From assembly GCA_004431415.1 (NCBI GenBank), contig QPMI01000005.1:620001-684000 (forward strand): DNA of 64,000 bases, read 5' to 3'. Origin of the DNA: Cyanophora paradoxa CCMP329. Lineage: Eukaryota > Plantae > Glaucophyta. A program made the translations under genes and the position numbers. Below the pieces are notes generated by a model. That model did no database searches. It saw only the letters and a list, made by a program, of their open reading frames with translations, and was not told where the DNA came from. Positions 1-13,400 of the stretch are shown here, one piece after another; position 1 is the first letter of the stretch, and each line of letters starts with the position of its first letter.

Positions 1-3000
1 TCACCGAGTGCCCTTCCACCTCTCGGCCCGCATCAAAACCTTCTACCAGCACTTCCTCGTGCGCTCTTTCATTTTCTAGCTTTTACTTTCAAAGTTTTCC
101 GCGGATACGAAATTTTTCGAAGCTCATTTCTGAAGTTGTACGTCTTCGATTCTTAGCCCGGCCTGCTATATATAGAAACACTTGGCAGGATGAGCTCTGA
201 AATTAAATCTGCACGCTAAATTTCTAGAAGCTCTGGAGCTCCGAGGATCTTGCCTCTCTCAAAGTAGGCGTCGCTCACCGCTCGCCGCGCGGGGCGGCGT
301 GCCGGCGCCGGCAGCCCGGGGCGCTGGCGTTCAACGAGGGGGCCCTCCTCGGCGACCTCTCCGCCTCGCTGCGCACCGAGCTTGCCATCTTCCGCCACAA
401 GGACCTCATCCTGAAGGTCCGGGGGCTATTTATATTTAATAGAAACGCAATACATAGCTTGTATAAGGCGACAATCTCAGCTCCAAGTTCGTCGTTAATT
501 ATACAATACTCACTTGGGACGCCCCCGGGCGCAGAGCGCCATGTTCAAGGTGCCTCTCCCTCTCCAAACAGATTTGAAATCCATGCTCCATCCGTCCGCG
601 CTGAACCCCCCCCCTTCTCCCCCCCCCCACATACCAGCGCGTCTACGACCGACGCTTCATTGAGCGGTTCGCGATCGCCCCCCCCCCCCCCCCCCCCCCC
701 CCGCCCCCCGGCGGCCGGCCCGCCCCCGGGGTCCCAAGTTCCCTATTTAGCTGACACGTACATGTACATGTACAGCCTTGCCCTTATTCCTTAATTCCTG
801 AATTGCGTTTCCGGATCCTTTCCACTTCTAAGTTTATAAAAAGGACATGTACAGCCTCGAGCTTGCGATTGCTATCGCCCCCCGGCCCGCCGTGCCGGCA
901 TGCCTCCGCGCACGGGCCGCCCGTTTCTAGATCTTGGCACGCCCTCCTGATTAAGCGGCGCCGCGCACGCGCGCTGGCGCCCGCAGGGTGGTGGTGCTGC
1001 TGAAGCCGTGCTCCTTCGGCCCCGGGGACCAGATCTTCTTCCAGGGCGAGCGCGGCTCCGCCATGTACTTCATGTGCGCGTGTACCCCTAGCTATCATAG
1101 TATAGGGTCCTGCCAGGCTGCGCCAGCCAGCTGCAGCCGCCCTCTCGGAAAAATAAATAAACAGCATCTTCCGGCTAGCTATAGGTATTCGAGCTGACGG
1201 TCCCTGGCCCCTGGCCCCTCGCAGCTCGCAGGGGAAGGTCCGGATCGCGGTGGGCCCTGAAGACAGCGCCGCGACCGTCGCGACCCTGTCGGAGGGCAAC
1301 TTCTTCGGCGAGGTGCCTTCATCATAATAAAGAAAAGCCCGCTTCTAGAAGCCCTACAGTGCCGCGGCCATAGAAAAGCCCTTGTTTTTCAACAAATCAA
1401 ATTTAATAGTTGAGTGGCCTCGAAAGGAGGCCAGGGTATAACCGCCGCGGGGCCGCCTCAGATTGCGGCGCTGACGGACTCTGTGCGGACGGCGCACGCG
1501 ATCGCCATCGACTTCTGCGGTGAGGCAATAATTATATTAATGGCTTTACTAAGTTAGATCCAGATTAATACCAGGAAATGTCTAGATTGATGGCCGCCCT
1601 CTTATTAATACTACTACTATGATATTCAATGATTCCCGCCCTTGCCTGGCTGCTGCTCACGATCCGATCTGACGGAGCCCGCAGAGCTGGTGGCGCTGAA
1701 CAAGGGGGACCTGGAGACGGTCCTCGAGGACTTTCCCTATGTGCGCCGCCGCCGCTCCGGGCCCGACCCGCGGCCGCGCGCTGCGCTTGAATGAGTAATA
1801 CCGCCCCGCGTCAAATTAAAGAGAGACGCGGAGCTTGCCGAGGGGGCTAGAGGGCATTCAAACCTTAACTTCAGCTTCTTAAAGACAAAATGTGCGAAAT
1901 AGGAATTATAGGATCAATACAAGATTGAAGCGCGCTCAGCGGCCGTCAAAGAAATTCGCGCTTTCAGTTTTCCATCAGAGTCCGACCCGCCCGCGCAGAT
2001 CGCGGACATGTTCGCGGAGGTGGCGATGCAGAGGCTGGAGGAGAACGCCTCCAAGAGGGGGTGCGAGGCCGGCGCCTAGGCCTCTGATGAGAATATTGAC
2101 ATCTGAACTAGAATTCGACGATCTATATTTTAATTGCAAGATTCAACAATCCTCGGTTGACCGGGCTGGGCTGGGCGCGCGGCAGGTGGCGGGCCAGTCC
2201 CGACCATGAGACGGCCCCCGGGGCGGCGCACCCGTTCGGCTTCTCCGGCCCGGCTGCGGCGCCGGCGGCGCCCTCCGGATCCTCGGCGGCGCCCGCCGCT
2301 GAGGCCTTCTCGCACCCCTTCGGGCGCCCGCCCGCGCCCGCCCCGAATTCGACGGCCTCGCCTATCGTGACGCTCTCCGGGGGCGCCGGTGCTCCGACCC
2401 TTTCAGCTCTGCTCCGATATTTGATTTCGCCGCTCTCTCTGAGAACCAGCCATCCCGCAGTTACGGAGCGGTTCCTGACGCCGGAGGAGGCGGGCGTCCA
2501 CTTCCACGTGCGATCTCGCGATCGATCGCGGTCGACCGCCCCGCGGGCGGGTGCCGGTCGCGATCGCGATCGCGATCGCGATCGCGACTCGTCGCTATCG
2601 GAGTCGAGCCGCGGGTCCTCTCGGGCGGGCTCGCGATCGGGATCGCGATCGGGGGGCGATCGCGAGGACGGCGGGACGGGCCTCCGGCACCTGCTCGTCG
2701 AGGACGCGCTGGACGCTGTTCGAGTGCGCGCGCTCCGCCCCTCGGAATTTGAAGCCATCTGAAGCCTAGTGAACCCTTGAAACAACACCGCGTCTAAATA
2801 AAAAAATCGCACACCTGCTAGATTGCGCGTACACCCCTCCCCTGCCCCTAGGCCTCCCCTTCCACCCCTCCGACCCCCGCCCCCGGCCCCGGACTCCTGA
2901 TCTCCGGGTGCCCCAACAATTCATTTCCATAATTGTTGCATTTGAAAACGTTCCTCTAGATCTAAATAACCCGCGCACCTGCTAAACCGAACACAGACCC

Positions 3001-5001
3001 CTCCCCCCCCCCAACTCCGGATCCCCGCGTGCACGTGGTTGCGAACATGATGGTTGATTATGGTCACCGGGTTGCGAACATCGATATATCGATATCCCGG
3101 ATCCCTGCGTGCCTGCCAACAATTCATGATCAATTATGCCATGGCCATCATATGATGTTAACGTTTTAATTTTAACGTGATGATGGTCAAATTATATTTG
3201 GAAACGCTAACATAGCGCGCGAGCGCAGGAGGCGGAGCAGCTGCGCGAGTCGGCGCGCTCGGTGGCGCTCGCCGTCGGCCTCGCGAGCAGCCGCGGGCCC
3301 CTCCGCGACGCCATCCTCCGCCGCGCGGTCCGTTTAGTTTCTTTCCATATATAGGATATATACAGATTATCATTAAACTCTACCGATCGCGAATTGAACT
3401 AAATCGCCTTGCAAAAAACAATTGATGCGATCGCTTTACAATAGGCTCCGCCCCTAATCGAAGCGGGCGCGGCAGAGGTCGACTTCCTTCCGCTCAGCCG
3501 GCAGTGGTGGCCATGGAAGCGGCGGGAGCGGCCCCCTGCGCGCGGCGGATCGGAAGGGCAGGGCCCACACGTTCCGCCCGTCGACGCTCTCGATGGCGAC
3601 CACTTCGAAGTCGCAGGCCGCCGCGGCCGCGCCGGCGCCCAAGACGGCGCGCATTAGCCGCCTGCGGCCTCTCTCCACACGGGCGCTTCACCTCTCCCCG
3701 AGCGATCAGACGATCGCAAGGGGGAAGGTCGCGGGAGAGCCCGCTGGGCCCTCGCCCTCGCCCGCGCCCGCGCCCGAGCCCTTGATACCAGCCGATCGGG
3801 AGGTCTCCGGCATATGCATAGAGCCCGAGGAACCCCATGCGCCCGGCGCGGCGCCGGCGCCGGCACCCCTGCCGCCTCCCCTCCCTCCCCTGCCTGCATC
3901 GGACGCCGAGGGTCCGACGATCGCGAGCGGCGCGGGGGCACCGGCGCGAGCCGTCGGAGCGGTGCTGCCGGCCGCGGCCGCGGGGGCCCGGCGCGGGTCG
4001 AACGTGCCCTCCATCCCCGTCGGCTTGCTGGGCCTGGGCCATGAAGCCCCGCCGCCGGTGAGCGTTCTGTTAAGTTGTGGCGGAAGATCATATTAGCGCA
4101 TGCACTGTGCAGCTGACGTAACTGTCATGATCATGGCACGCAGCCGCAGGCGGCATCATCGAGTCATGGCCAGCCGGCCGTGGCCGCGGGCCGGCAACCC
4201 AGCTTCAGCCGAGGTCACAGCCACAGCCACAGCCACAAGACTCCGACAGCGACGCCGCAGCACGGCGCGGGGAGCAAGCTTCGCCGTTTGCAGGTGACCG
4301 TCTCATACACTTCACTGCGTAAAAATGCCGTTAATACTAATAGATTTAGAGAAGTAAAAACGTCAGCAATAGCCGATTCCCTTATACATATGTGTGTGTG
4401 ATTTTTGTCTTGATTATGGATCCGCAGACTTATCTGGGAAATGGACACGGATCGCACAACAGCCGGGCAGACTCCCGGTCGAACTCTATTGGAGGCGGTG
4501 ATCGCGACGCCGACCGCTTCTTTGCCGAGATTGGCGTCCTAAGGTCCATTATATAAAAATCGCTACGGAAATCTTTCAATTCTTCTTAGCTTCTCCTGAG
4601 TTTTCAGCAGAGAGGAAGTGGCGCACATCGCGGGCGAGCAGAGGGCGCTGCGGAGCATGCTGGCCGAGGCGCTGGCCGCAATCCGCGGGCTCGCCGCCGA
4701 GCGCGAGCGCGGGCGCGAGCGCGGGGGGCACGCGCACGGGAGGCGCCACTCGCAGCCGGCGGTCTTGCAGTCGGGGCCGGCGTCGGCCCTGGCCGTGGGG
4801 GCCCCGGCAGCAGTCGTTTTCGCGGCGCCACCGGCGGCGGCGGCGGCGGCTGTGCGCGCGCTCGCCCCGCGGCGAGCTTCGAATTCGGCCGCGGACGTCG
4901 ACGTCGACGGGACCATCGATATCGACGCCGAGCCTCGTACTGCAGTCGCAACTGGTGCGGCCGTTCGGGTCCCCGGGACGGTGCTCTCGGACTCCAGCTG
5001 A
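1..5001 (+). CDS. 3' part of a multi-exon cyclic-nucleotide-binding-domain ion channel (CNG/HCN/KCNH-like): C-linker, CNBD, long low-complexity tail, terminal coiled coil; 5' end is outside the window
   Basis: Manual splicing gives HRVPFHLSARIKTFYQHFL (2-58), ..LLGDLSASLRTELAIFRHKDLILK (~340-416), VVVLLKPCSFGPGDQIFFQGERGSAMYF (988-1073), SQGKVRIAVG..ATLSEGNFFGE (1225-1312), IAALTDSVRTAHAIAIDFC (1462-1519), ELVALNKGDLETVLEDFPY (1686-1740). This is a canonical phosphate-binding cassette (FGE..RTA). Further exons with GT-AG ends continue to a stop at 4999-5001; the tail after ~2720 is less certain. Confidence 0.85.
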
Positions 5002-6039
5002 GGTCCGACGGTCCTTCAAGGAGGCCTAGGGCTCGCCTACAATAGTTTCGTGAAATCGATATCGGTGGTGCAAATTCCGCAAAGAAATTCATTTATATCC
5101 CTTCTGCCCCTGAACTGGGGGGTACGGAAAATTTGCGGACAGCGCGACGATTACGGCAGCGCGGCGGGCCAGGCTTCCCACCCGTGGGTGCCTGATAACG
5201 CCGTGTGTCAAGCTGCTCGGAAAGTCGCGCGCCAGCTCCACCCGACCCCCGTAGACCGACAACGCTAGCCAGCCCAGCCGAGCGCGAGCCGACAGCCGAC
5301 GCGGGCACCTTACCATCCAGCATCACTGCCGAAGCCGACAGCCCGCCCCCGGAGCGACGTGGAGCCCCGCCGACCTCGCCATGACGCCGACGCTTTTTGA
5401 ATATCAAGGACCTTGCCCGCGCCCCGCGCGGGACATACGGATAGCGCGCTGCCACCCTAGATCTTCCGCATAACGTCGCAGTCCTAAAGCGTTGAGCGAC
5501 CACCTCGACTTCGCCCGAGCTCCCGCCATCGCCGCCCGGCCACCCACACGCCGCCCGCCGCATAGCCGATGCCCGATGACCGCCAGCTCTCTAAGATGAC
5601 GCACCCGCCGTCGACGTCGCGCGCCGCCGCCACTAGTACTGTCCCTCGAATGCCGCCGTCATGCTGCAGGCGCCGCGCGCGCCGCCCCATCCTTACAGAA
5701 CGTGCTCGCGCGCCTGCAGATCTCGACCTGCATCTTGACCTCTCTCCTCCGCCTCGAGCTCGCCGCGCGACGGGGCCGTCGGCGCCGTCCGATGTACAAC
5801 TACGGCGGGGTGCGCCCACGCCCAACTCCCTAGCGCCCCGCGCCGGTCCCCCCCCGCCCAGAGCCCAGGCCCCGCGGGCCCACGCCCCCGCCCCCTCTCC
5901 CCCGGCCTGGGCCCAAAGGGCGCCCACCCGGACTCCTCCTCCCCGAGGCCGGTACAGAGACGTGTACGCTCGGTCCCCCCCCCCCGGAGCCAGACGAGGC
6001 TCGCCCGACCCGGCCTCCAAGCCGGCCCCTGCCGCCGGT

Positions 6040-6560
6040 GCCAGCGCCCCGCCCCCGCCCCCGGCTCCAGCGCCCCCCCGCCCTCCGGCTCCAGCGCCCC
6101 GCCCCCGCCATCCGGCTCCAGCGCCCCGCCCCTGCCCTCCGGCTCCAGCGTCCCGCCCCGCCCTCCGGCTCCAGCGCTCCGCCCCCGCCCCCCGGCTCCA
6201 GCGCCCCGCCCCCGCCCTCCGGCTCCAGCGCCCCGCCCCTACCCTCCGGCTCCAGTGCCCGCCCCCGCCCCCCGGCTCCAGCGCCCGCCCCCGCCCTCCG
6301 GCTCCAGCGCTCCGCCCCGCCCCCCGGCTCCAGCGCCCCGCCCCCGCCCTCCGGCTCCAGCGCCCCGCCCCGCCCTCCGGCTCCAGTGCCCGCCCCGCCC
6401 TCCGGCTTCAGCGCCCCGCCCCCCCCCCCTCCGGCTCCAGCGCCCCGTCCCCACCCTCTCCAGCGCCCCGTCCCACCCTCTCCAGCGCCCCGTCCCCACC
6501 CTCTCCAGCGCCCCGCCCCGCCCTCCGCCCCCCCCAGCGCCCCGCTCCGCCGCCCCCAGC
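6040..6560 (+). repeat. C-rich minisatellite, ~22-27 bp unit (CCGGCTCCAGCGCCCCGCCCCCGCCCT-like), degenerating rightwards
   Basis: The core CCGGCTCCAG/CTCCAGCGCCCC recurs in tandem well over a dozen times; the Pro/Ala/Ser ORFs here are products of the repeat. Confidence 0.9.
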
Positions 6561-7466
6561 GCCCTGCCCCGCCGCCCTCCAGCGCCCTGCCCCGACCCTC
6601 AGCGCCCCGCCCGCTCCCGGCCCGTCACCCTCCCGCCCGCCCCGCCCCGCCCGCCCCCCAGCTCCCCGACCCCAGCGCCTCACCCCGCCATGTACCCCAC
6701 TCCCTGCCCAGCGCTCCGCGTACTCCGTGTCCCCCTCCCTACGCCTCGCCCCACGCCAACCCCCAGCACCCCGTGCGCCTCGCCTTCCCCCTCCCTCCTT
6801 TTCCACAGGACCAAGGACACCAACGCATCAGGCCCTCCTCAAGCCGCAGATCGATAGCTCACAGCTAGGATAAGATAGCAGGACGTCTTCCCTCTATGCC
6901 GCAGAGCCTCAGAGCTAGCCTAGGCGCCCCCCCAGTCGATGAAAGCGACGGGGCGGCTGTTGTTGTCCTTAATACGAACATTGCCCGGTTGGGCTTTTGC
7001 AAAAAATCCCTTCTGCCCCTTCGCTTTCCGTCCCGTCGGTCCGTAGGCCAGTTCCGAATTTGAAACAGTACCATTTCTGACCCAGCCGCGGGTGAGCGCG
7101 ACTCTACGACTGCTTTGTGTGCCATTGCGCTGCGCACGCGTCACGGCGTGGCGCCTTCCATCGATCGCGATATCCCACTGATCATGAGCTTTGAAGGCGG
7201 TTCGTTTGATTCTACTTGCGAAGCCAGCTGCAGTTGCAAGGATCGATATCTCGATCATAAGTACATGCATACGAGGGAGATGAATCGCTTAACCATTTAT
7301 ACGAAAAGATCGATATCAGAGCACGTGCACGTCGAAGCATATCGAATTCCGAATCACGGGTTGATGTGGCGAAGCACGCATTGTACACTTTACGGCGAAT
7401 TCGAGTACGATCAGAGTGTTGCTCGTTATCAATCGTAATATAAATTCAAAAAATAATTGGGGCCTT

Positions 7467-10400
7467 CTATGCTAGCGCTGCGCCGAAGCACGGGTTGCTC
7501 TCCTGCGCCCCTTCGGGCGCGTCATCGCCTGCGGCCGTGCACCCAGACGCCGATGCTGGCGACGATATCGATGGCGCTGGCGGGGCGCAGGTCGCGGGGG
7601 GATCCAGAAGCCACCCCACGCCGCCGCCCTGAGCGAACACGCGCCGCAGCGTTTCGTGCGCCCACGTTGCCGCGTCCGCCTGCATCGAGTCAAGGCCGGG
7701 GATGGGCATTGGAAGCAGCGTTAACGTTGAAGCAAGGTACAAAGTGGCGCGCACGATGGCCCCGTGAGGGTCGAAGGGCATCGCAGCCCCCAGGCGGCGG
7801 ATGCTGACAGGAGCCGCACCCGCCATGCTCCAGAGTCGAATGGACCTGTCGTCGCTTCCGGATGCAAGCGTCTTGCCATCCTGTTCAGATCGAGTTCAAA
7901 GCATGAGCGATTGTACGGTAAGATATGTAGGTATGACATTTGCACTGGGGTTCGCCAGCATCAGCCTGAACCCCTCTGCTGAGTTTATTCCGCTAGACAG
8001 CTCGCACCGGAGCGAAAGCCACAGCTGAGATACCAGCCATATGCATGTGCCCTCTGAGGACGTGGAGAAGCGCCCCGCTCGCCACGCTCCACAGCCGAAC
8101 GGAGCCGTCCGCGCCGCCCGACGCCAGCGTTTCGCCGTCCTGTCGTCTCGCTAGAATAAGCAATCACTACAGGCACAGATTTGCAAAGGAAACGCGGCCG
8201 CTCGCACCGGCGAGAATGCCACTGCCTGGCCGACTCCATTATCCTCGTAGAGGCCTAGGACGTGAAGCACGTTGTTCTTAGCAACACTCCACATACGCGC
8301 GGTTCCATCGTAACTGCCTGATGCCAGGGTCTTTCCATCCTGCATTGACCGCAGCCCGTATCACGATTTCGAGTTCGATATGCATATGCATGCGATTGCG
8401 CTTGAACGCTAACGCACAGGCGAGAAAGCCACCGAAATGATGCCGCCTGTGTGTCCCTTAAAAATGCCGAGCGTGGCCCCGTCGGCCACGCTCCACAGTC
8501 GCAACGTCTTGTCCGAGCTTCCTGACACAAGCGTCGTGCAGTCCTACCCGCGGCCGTCTCATGAGCATGCGTTCTAGATGTGAGATCGCGGAAAGCAAGC
8601 CGCTCACCGGCGAAAACGCCAAACAAGTGAATGCAAGCGCATGCCCCTCCAAGATGCAAAGCAATACTTGGTCGACTGTGTTCCAAAGCCGCGCGGTTCC
8701 GTCTTCGCTTCCCGAGGCCAACATTTTGCCATCCTGCACAGCCCAAAACCATACTAGTAAGCAACGCCGATACACAAGCTTAAGCTTTCGCATTTAAATT
8801 TTTGCTTTATGAGCAACTCGTCTTTGCATCTTTCAAAACATCTTCCAAGTTCGCGGGCCGCGGGCCGCACCGGTGAAAAAGCTACTGAATGGATCTTCGC
8901 CTTGTGCCCCTCAAAGACGCAGCGTAGCGCTCCGTCCACCGCGCAATACAGCCGCACGTTGCCTCGCCACGTCCCCAACGCCAGACTCTTGCAGTCCTGC
9001 CCACGCGCAATGCAGCAGGGTCAGCACAAACAAACGTACGACAGCTTAACTCTACGTGCACGATACTTAGAAGTGAATACAGATCAGCCTATTCGCGACT
9101 CAGATCGCTCGCACCGGGGAAAGTGACACAACCCAGCTGCGGATTCGATCTATGTGTCTCTCGAGCTCAATGATGTTGAGCGCGTGCGAAGCCCCGTCTG
9201 CCACACTCCAGAATCGTATGGTACTGTCTCCATGTGATACCAGCGTTTTGGCGTCCTGCGGAGATTGAGCACATCACAAAATTAAGCTCGACTAGCCAAT
9301 GTGTGCCCCTGGCCCCCGCTTTATTTTCGAATGCCTCCTCGTCTATATCAAGAGCTTGTCGAGCCCTCTGATTTATATTGCTTTCTGCATGGGTACATAT
9401 ATATACGCACAGATGTGAATACCAACGCCGTAACTGGACCCTTGTGTCCCCCAGATCTAGAGACGTGGAGCAGCGCCCCGTGGCCATCCGCCTGGTGCAT
9501 ACCCCAGAACCGTACGGTCTCGTCATAGCCGCCAGACATGAGCGATCTTCCATCCTGCAAGCATCGGCGGCATGAGCCTACTAGCGCAGCCATGGCCACC
9601 CGACCGCTTGCAGACGCTGCGCTTCACCGGCAAGAAAGCCACGGACGTAACCCTTGCTTCATGTCCGCCAAGAACACGCACAAGTGTTCCATCTGCAACT
9701 CTCCACAGCCGCACTGTTCTGTCGTCACTTCCCGATGCCAATGTTGCGCCATCCTGCACGTGCATGTGACATATGCATCATTTGCAATTGCGAAGGACCA
9801 GTCAGAGAAACGTCAATAGAGCGGCATATATGCATTGATTTCAGTTGTGCATGTCTCTACACACTTTAACATAGCTCTCGCTTGCAGACCTCAAAATATA
9901 GAGCTCTCAGTTTGCAATTGGCGCACCGGCGAGAATGACACAGAGGAGACGGAATTTGCGTGCCCCTTCAGGGAGAAGAGGAGTGCTCCATTTGCAGCGC
10001 TCCAGAGCTGGACACTGCCGTCCAAACAGCCGAACGCCAGCGTTTGTCCATCCTGCCCGGCTCCGAATCTTCAACATGAGCTCGAGTTTCCTCTCCAACA
10101 AAAGCAAAGTTATAAGCCGCCGCACCGACGAGAAAGCCGCCGTCTGAATGCCCAAAATGCGCTCCTCCGGCTTGAGGACGCGCAGTTCTGTCCCGTCCGT
10201 CGCGCTCCACAGCCGCGCAGCCATGTCACCGCCTCCTGACACCAGCACTGCGCCGTCCTGCATGACGAGCGAGTGTTAGACCCTTGCAAAACTTATCGAA
10301 GTTCCAAAAGCGTTTGAAGTACGCACTGGCGAAAAGGCGACGGAGTGGACCGCTTTCGCGTGCCCCTTGAGGGTACGGAGAGATGTCCCGTCCGCCGTGC

Positions 10401-13400
10401 TCCACAGCCGCACAGTCTTATCCCGGCTGCCTGATGCCAGAGTTGCGCCATCCTGCCGCATTGCAAGAATGAGCTTTGATTCGCCCATGAATATGGGTCA
10501 CGGGAGTTTTTGCACCGGCGAGAAGGCCACTGAGATCACCCAGTCCGTGTGCCCCTCTAACTTCAGGATGCGGGGCTGATCACGAGTCCCATCCTCGAAA
10601 TTCCACAGCTCGACGACGGCGTTCTCACCTCCCCATCCCAACATTGTGCAATCCTGAGCAACGCGTCAACAGCAGGATCCGGATGCATATGCATGCACAT
10701 GAAGATACATCAACAGCAGGATTCATGATTATGAAAGTATTGAATGTCGCTCTCACCGCAGATAAAGCGACAGACAATACGCGCCGGTACCGGTCGCTCG
10801 CCTGCATACGTCGAACCTCGCGATTCGTCTCGACATCGACAAAGCAGACCGCCCCGGCCGAGCATCCAGCGACTATATAGCGGCCATCCTGGAAGAAAAG
10901 CTCACATAAGGATCGATGAAACAAAAGAAACGCATAAAGATCGCACCCGTGCGACTGCAACGCTGAGCACAGCAGAGTCCATCTCACACGCCGGCCTCAC
11001 GCTGAGGCGGCAGCCGGTGAGGTCAGCGCCGCGCAGGTCGGCCCCCGCGAGGTTCGCATCGTCCAGCAGCGCGCCGCTGAGGTCCGCCCCGCGCAGGTCC
11101 GCCCCCGCGGCCTCCAGCCGGAACAGGTCCGCTCCAGGCACCCGAATGCCCCGCAGCTCCTTGCCCGCGAACGAGGTACCGGCTGCGCGATTGTAAGCCG
11201 GAAGTTAAAAGTATCAATTCAATTCATGATCAGAAGCAGAAATATTGCGGACCATGATTCAAGATCGTCATCGCATTTGCGGCTGCGAATAGCGCGATTT
11301 GTGAATCATCTTGCACCGACTTCCGCACGCATTCCCACAGCGCCTGCACACGAAACCCGATTGAATGAGGGCAAATACGTGCACACAATCGCATAGTACT
11401 AGTTCGCACCTCGACAAAGGGCGGGTCGGAGCGGGCGCGGTCGGCGAGGAACCGCATCACAGCCGAGTCGTCCACCAGCAGCCGGCGGCCGAGCCCGCCC
11501 ACGACACCCGCCCCGCTCCCCATCCACCTGCGCAATCGAAGGCGATTCTAAACACCTTTTCAAAGGCAACAATATTTCAGAAGCGGACGTTGCGGATGGG
11601 CGACGCAGGGAGCCGGCCGCGGCGGACGTGTTGGCCGCGAGGCGGGCGTCGAGGTACGGTAGGATGCTGTCGGCGAGGAAGTACTCCTTGAGCGACGCGT
11701 GCACAAAGCTGTACGAGGCTTTGCCGTCGCCCTCCGACACCGTCTTCAGCGGAGAGGCCTTGATGAACTCCTGGTTCTTCTCGCTGGTGAGCAGCATGGC
11801 GGCCTTCGCCGTCGGATCCGGCTCTGTCTCGTCGGCATCTGTGTGCCTTTTCTTCAGATTCAGCACGCCGAACGAAAGCTGCAGATCCACAGTCAAGACG
11901 GTCGTGGCCTGCAAGGGTTTCAATATTAGATAGAGGTACGAAAACCAATATTTATGCCCTAGCGCGTGCGCGCTACAGGTTGCTATAGCGCACCAGCTGG
12001 TCCATCAAAATGGCGAGAGCCCGGCAGAAGTTCCGGCAGTTGACGGCGAAGCGCTTGAAGCGCCCCTGCCCCACCCGCTTCTCCTCCTCCCGCTTGAACA
12101 ACCCGGCAACGAACGCGTCGTACACGTCGCGCAGCAGTACGCGCACAGAACCTTCCTTCTGCTTCTCCTGCCTGCACCCGCATGACCAGAATCAGCCGTC
12201 GTGTGCCTGCAACGCCGCTTTTCAAAAAGCAGTACGAGCGCACATCTTCTTGTCGATGGACGGGAGCTCCTTGCAGGCGATGGAGAGCACGAAGGGCGTG
12301 CGGATGATGTCGAGCAGGCCGAGGATCGTGTTGATCTGCTTCATGTACCAGTCGAAGCCGCGCTCGGGGTCCGGATTCGCGGCGAGCCACTGCCCCACGT
12401 ACGCTCCAATCTGGTCCCGGTTGAATGGGCACGTCCACGCCTCGCAGACTTGCTTGGGTGCCCCGATCGAATCCAGCAGGAAAAAGCTCTGCAGCGACGA
12501 AAACAGGCTCAAACGTTTCGAATCATCACGAAAAGAGGGGCGACGCAGATATTTCGATTTGAATCTGTGCACCTTTGGATCGGCGCCGAGGCTCGGGAGG
12601 TACTGGGCGCGGCAGGCGACGACGACGCGGGCGGCCCACGACTTGAGCTTCGGGAACAGGATGTGCAGAGCGTCGCTCTTCCCTGTCTGCGAGGCGCGAG
12701 GTCAGAGGGGCCGGTCAAGAGCGAAACGCGACGTGCGTGCAGCGTGCACGCGCCTCGTCGAAGCCGTCCAGCAGCGCGAGGAGCTTGACCCTAGCGGCGT
12801 TACCGGTAACGAGTCTGCAGTCAGGAACGAAGATAGGTTTGGGGCCCTCAGGGCCAGCGGCCCCCGCACCTCTGCTGCAGCGCCTCCCTCAGCTCGCGGT
12901 CGCCGTCGTGCAGGCCCGCCTTGGCGACGAGCTCCTCGACGAGGTCCAACTCCGAGACGGTGACGGCGGGCAGGGAGACGAGGACAGGAAAAGGCGAGCC
13001 CGCGGCCGGGCGCCACTGCTCGAGCAGGCGCCTGTGCAGCCGCCGCAGGCTCGTCGTCTTGCTGCAGCCGGAGTCACCTGCGCGGCCGTGGGTGCAACGT
13101 CAGTTCGAGAAATGGATGAAGATTCTAGTGAAGAACGTAAGCCAACCGCGCGAGGCCTGACCTGTGAGAAGGAGCACGCGGTGGCCGGCTGTGCTCCCGC
13201 CGGGCGCGGCGCCGGAGGCCGCGAAGGCGTCGAGGGCGGCGTCGAGATCGAAGCGCCGCCCCTCGTCCGCCGCGAGTCGACCATCGATGTCCGCCGCAGC
13301 ACGCGCCGGCACGTACAGATCGCTCTCCATCTCCTCTCTGTACCGGTCGAGCAGCTCCTCCCGCGCCTGCTTTGCTGTGAGCCCGTGCACGGCGAACGGG

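Noticed and set aside
2555-2665. Tandem GCGATCGC (cyanobacterial HIP1-like) palindromes
   Set aside because: Explained by an Arg-Asp/Arg-Ser codon repeat in the channel tail; not dispersed across the window.
5380-5440. FLNIKDLARA, faintly F-box-like
   Set aside because: Only 10 residues, followed quickly by a stop; no supporting exon structure.
5569-6873. 434-aa Pro-rich ORF
   Set aside because: Open in several frames because of the stop-free C-rich minisatellite; no domain or splice evidence.
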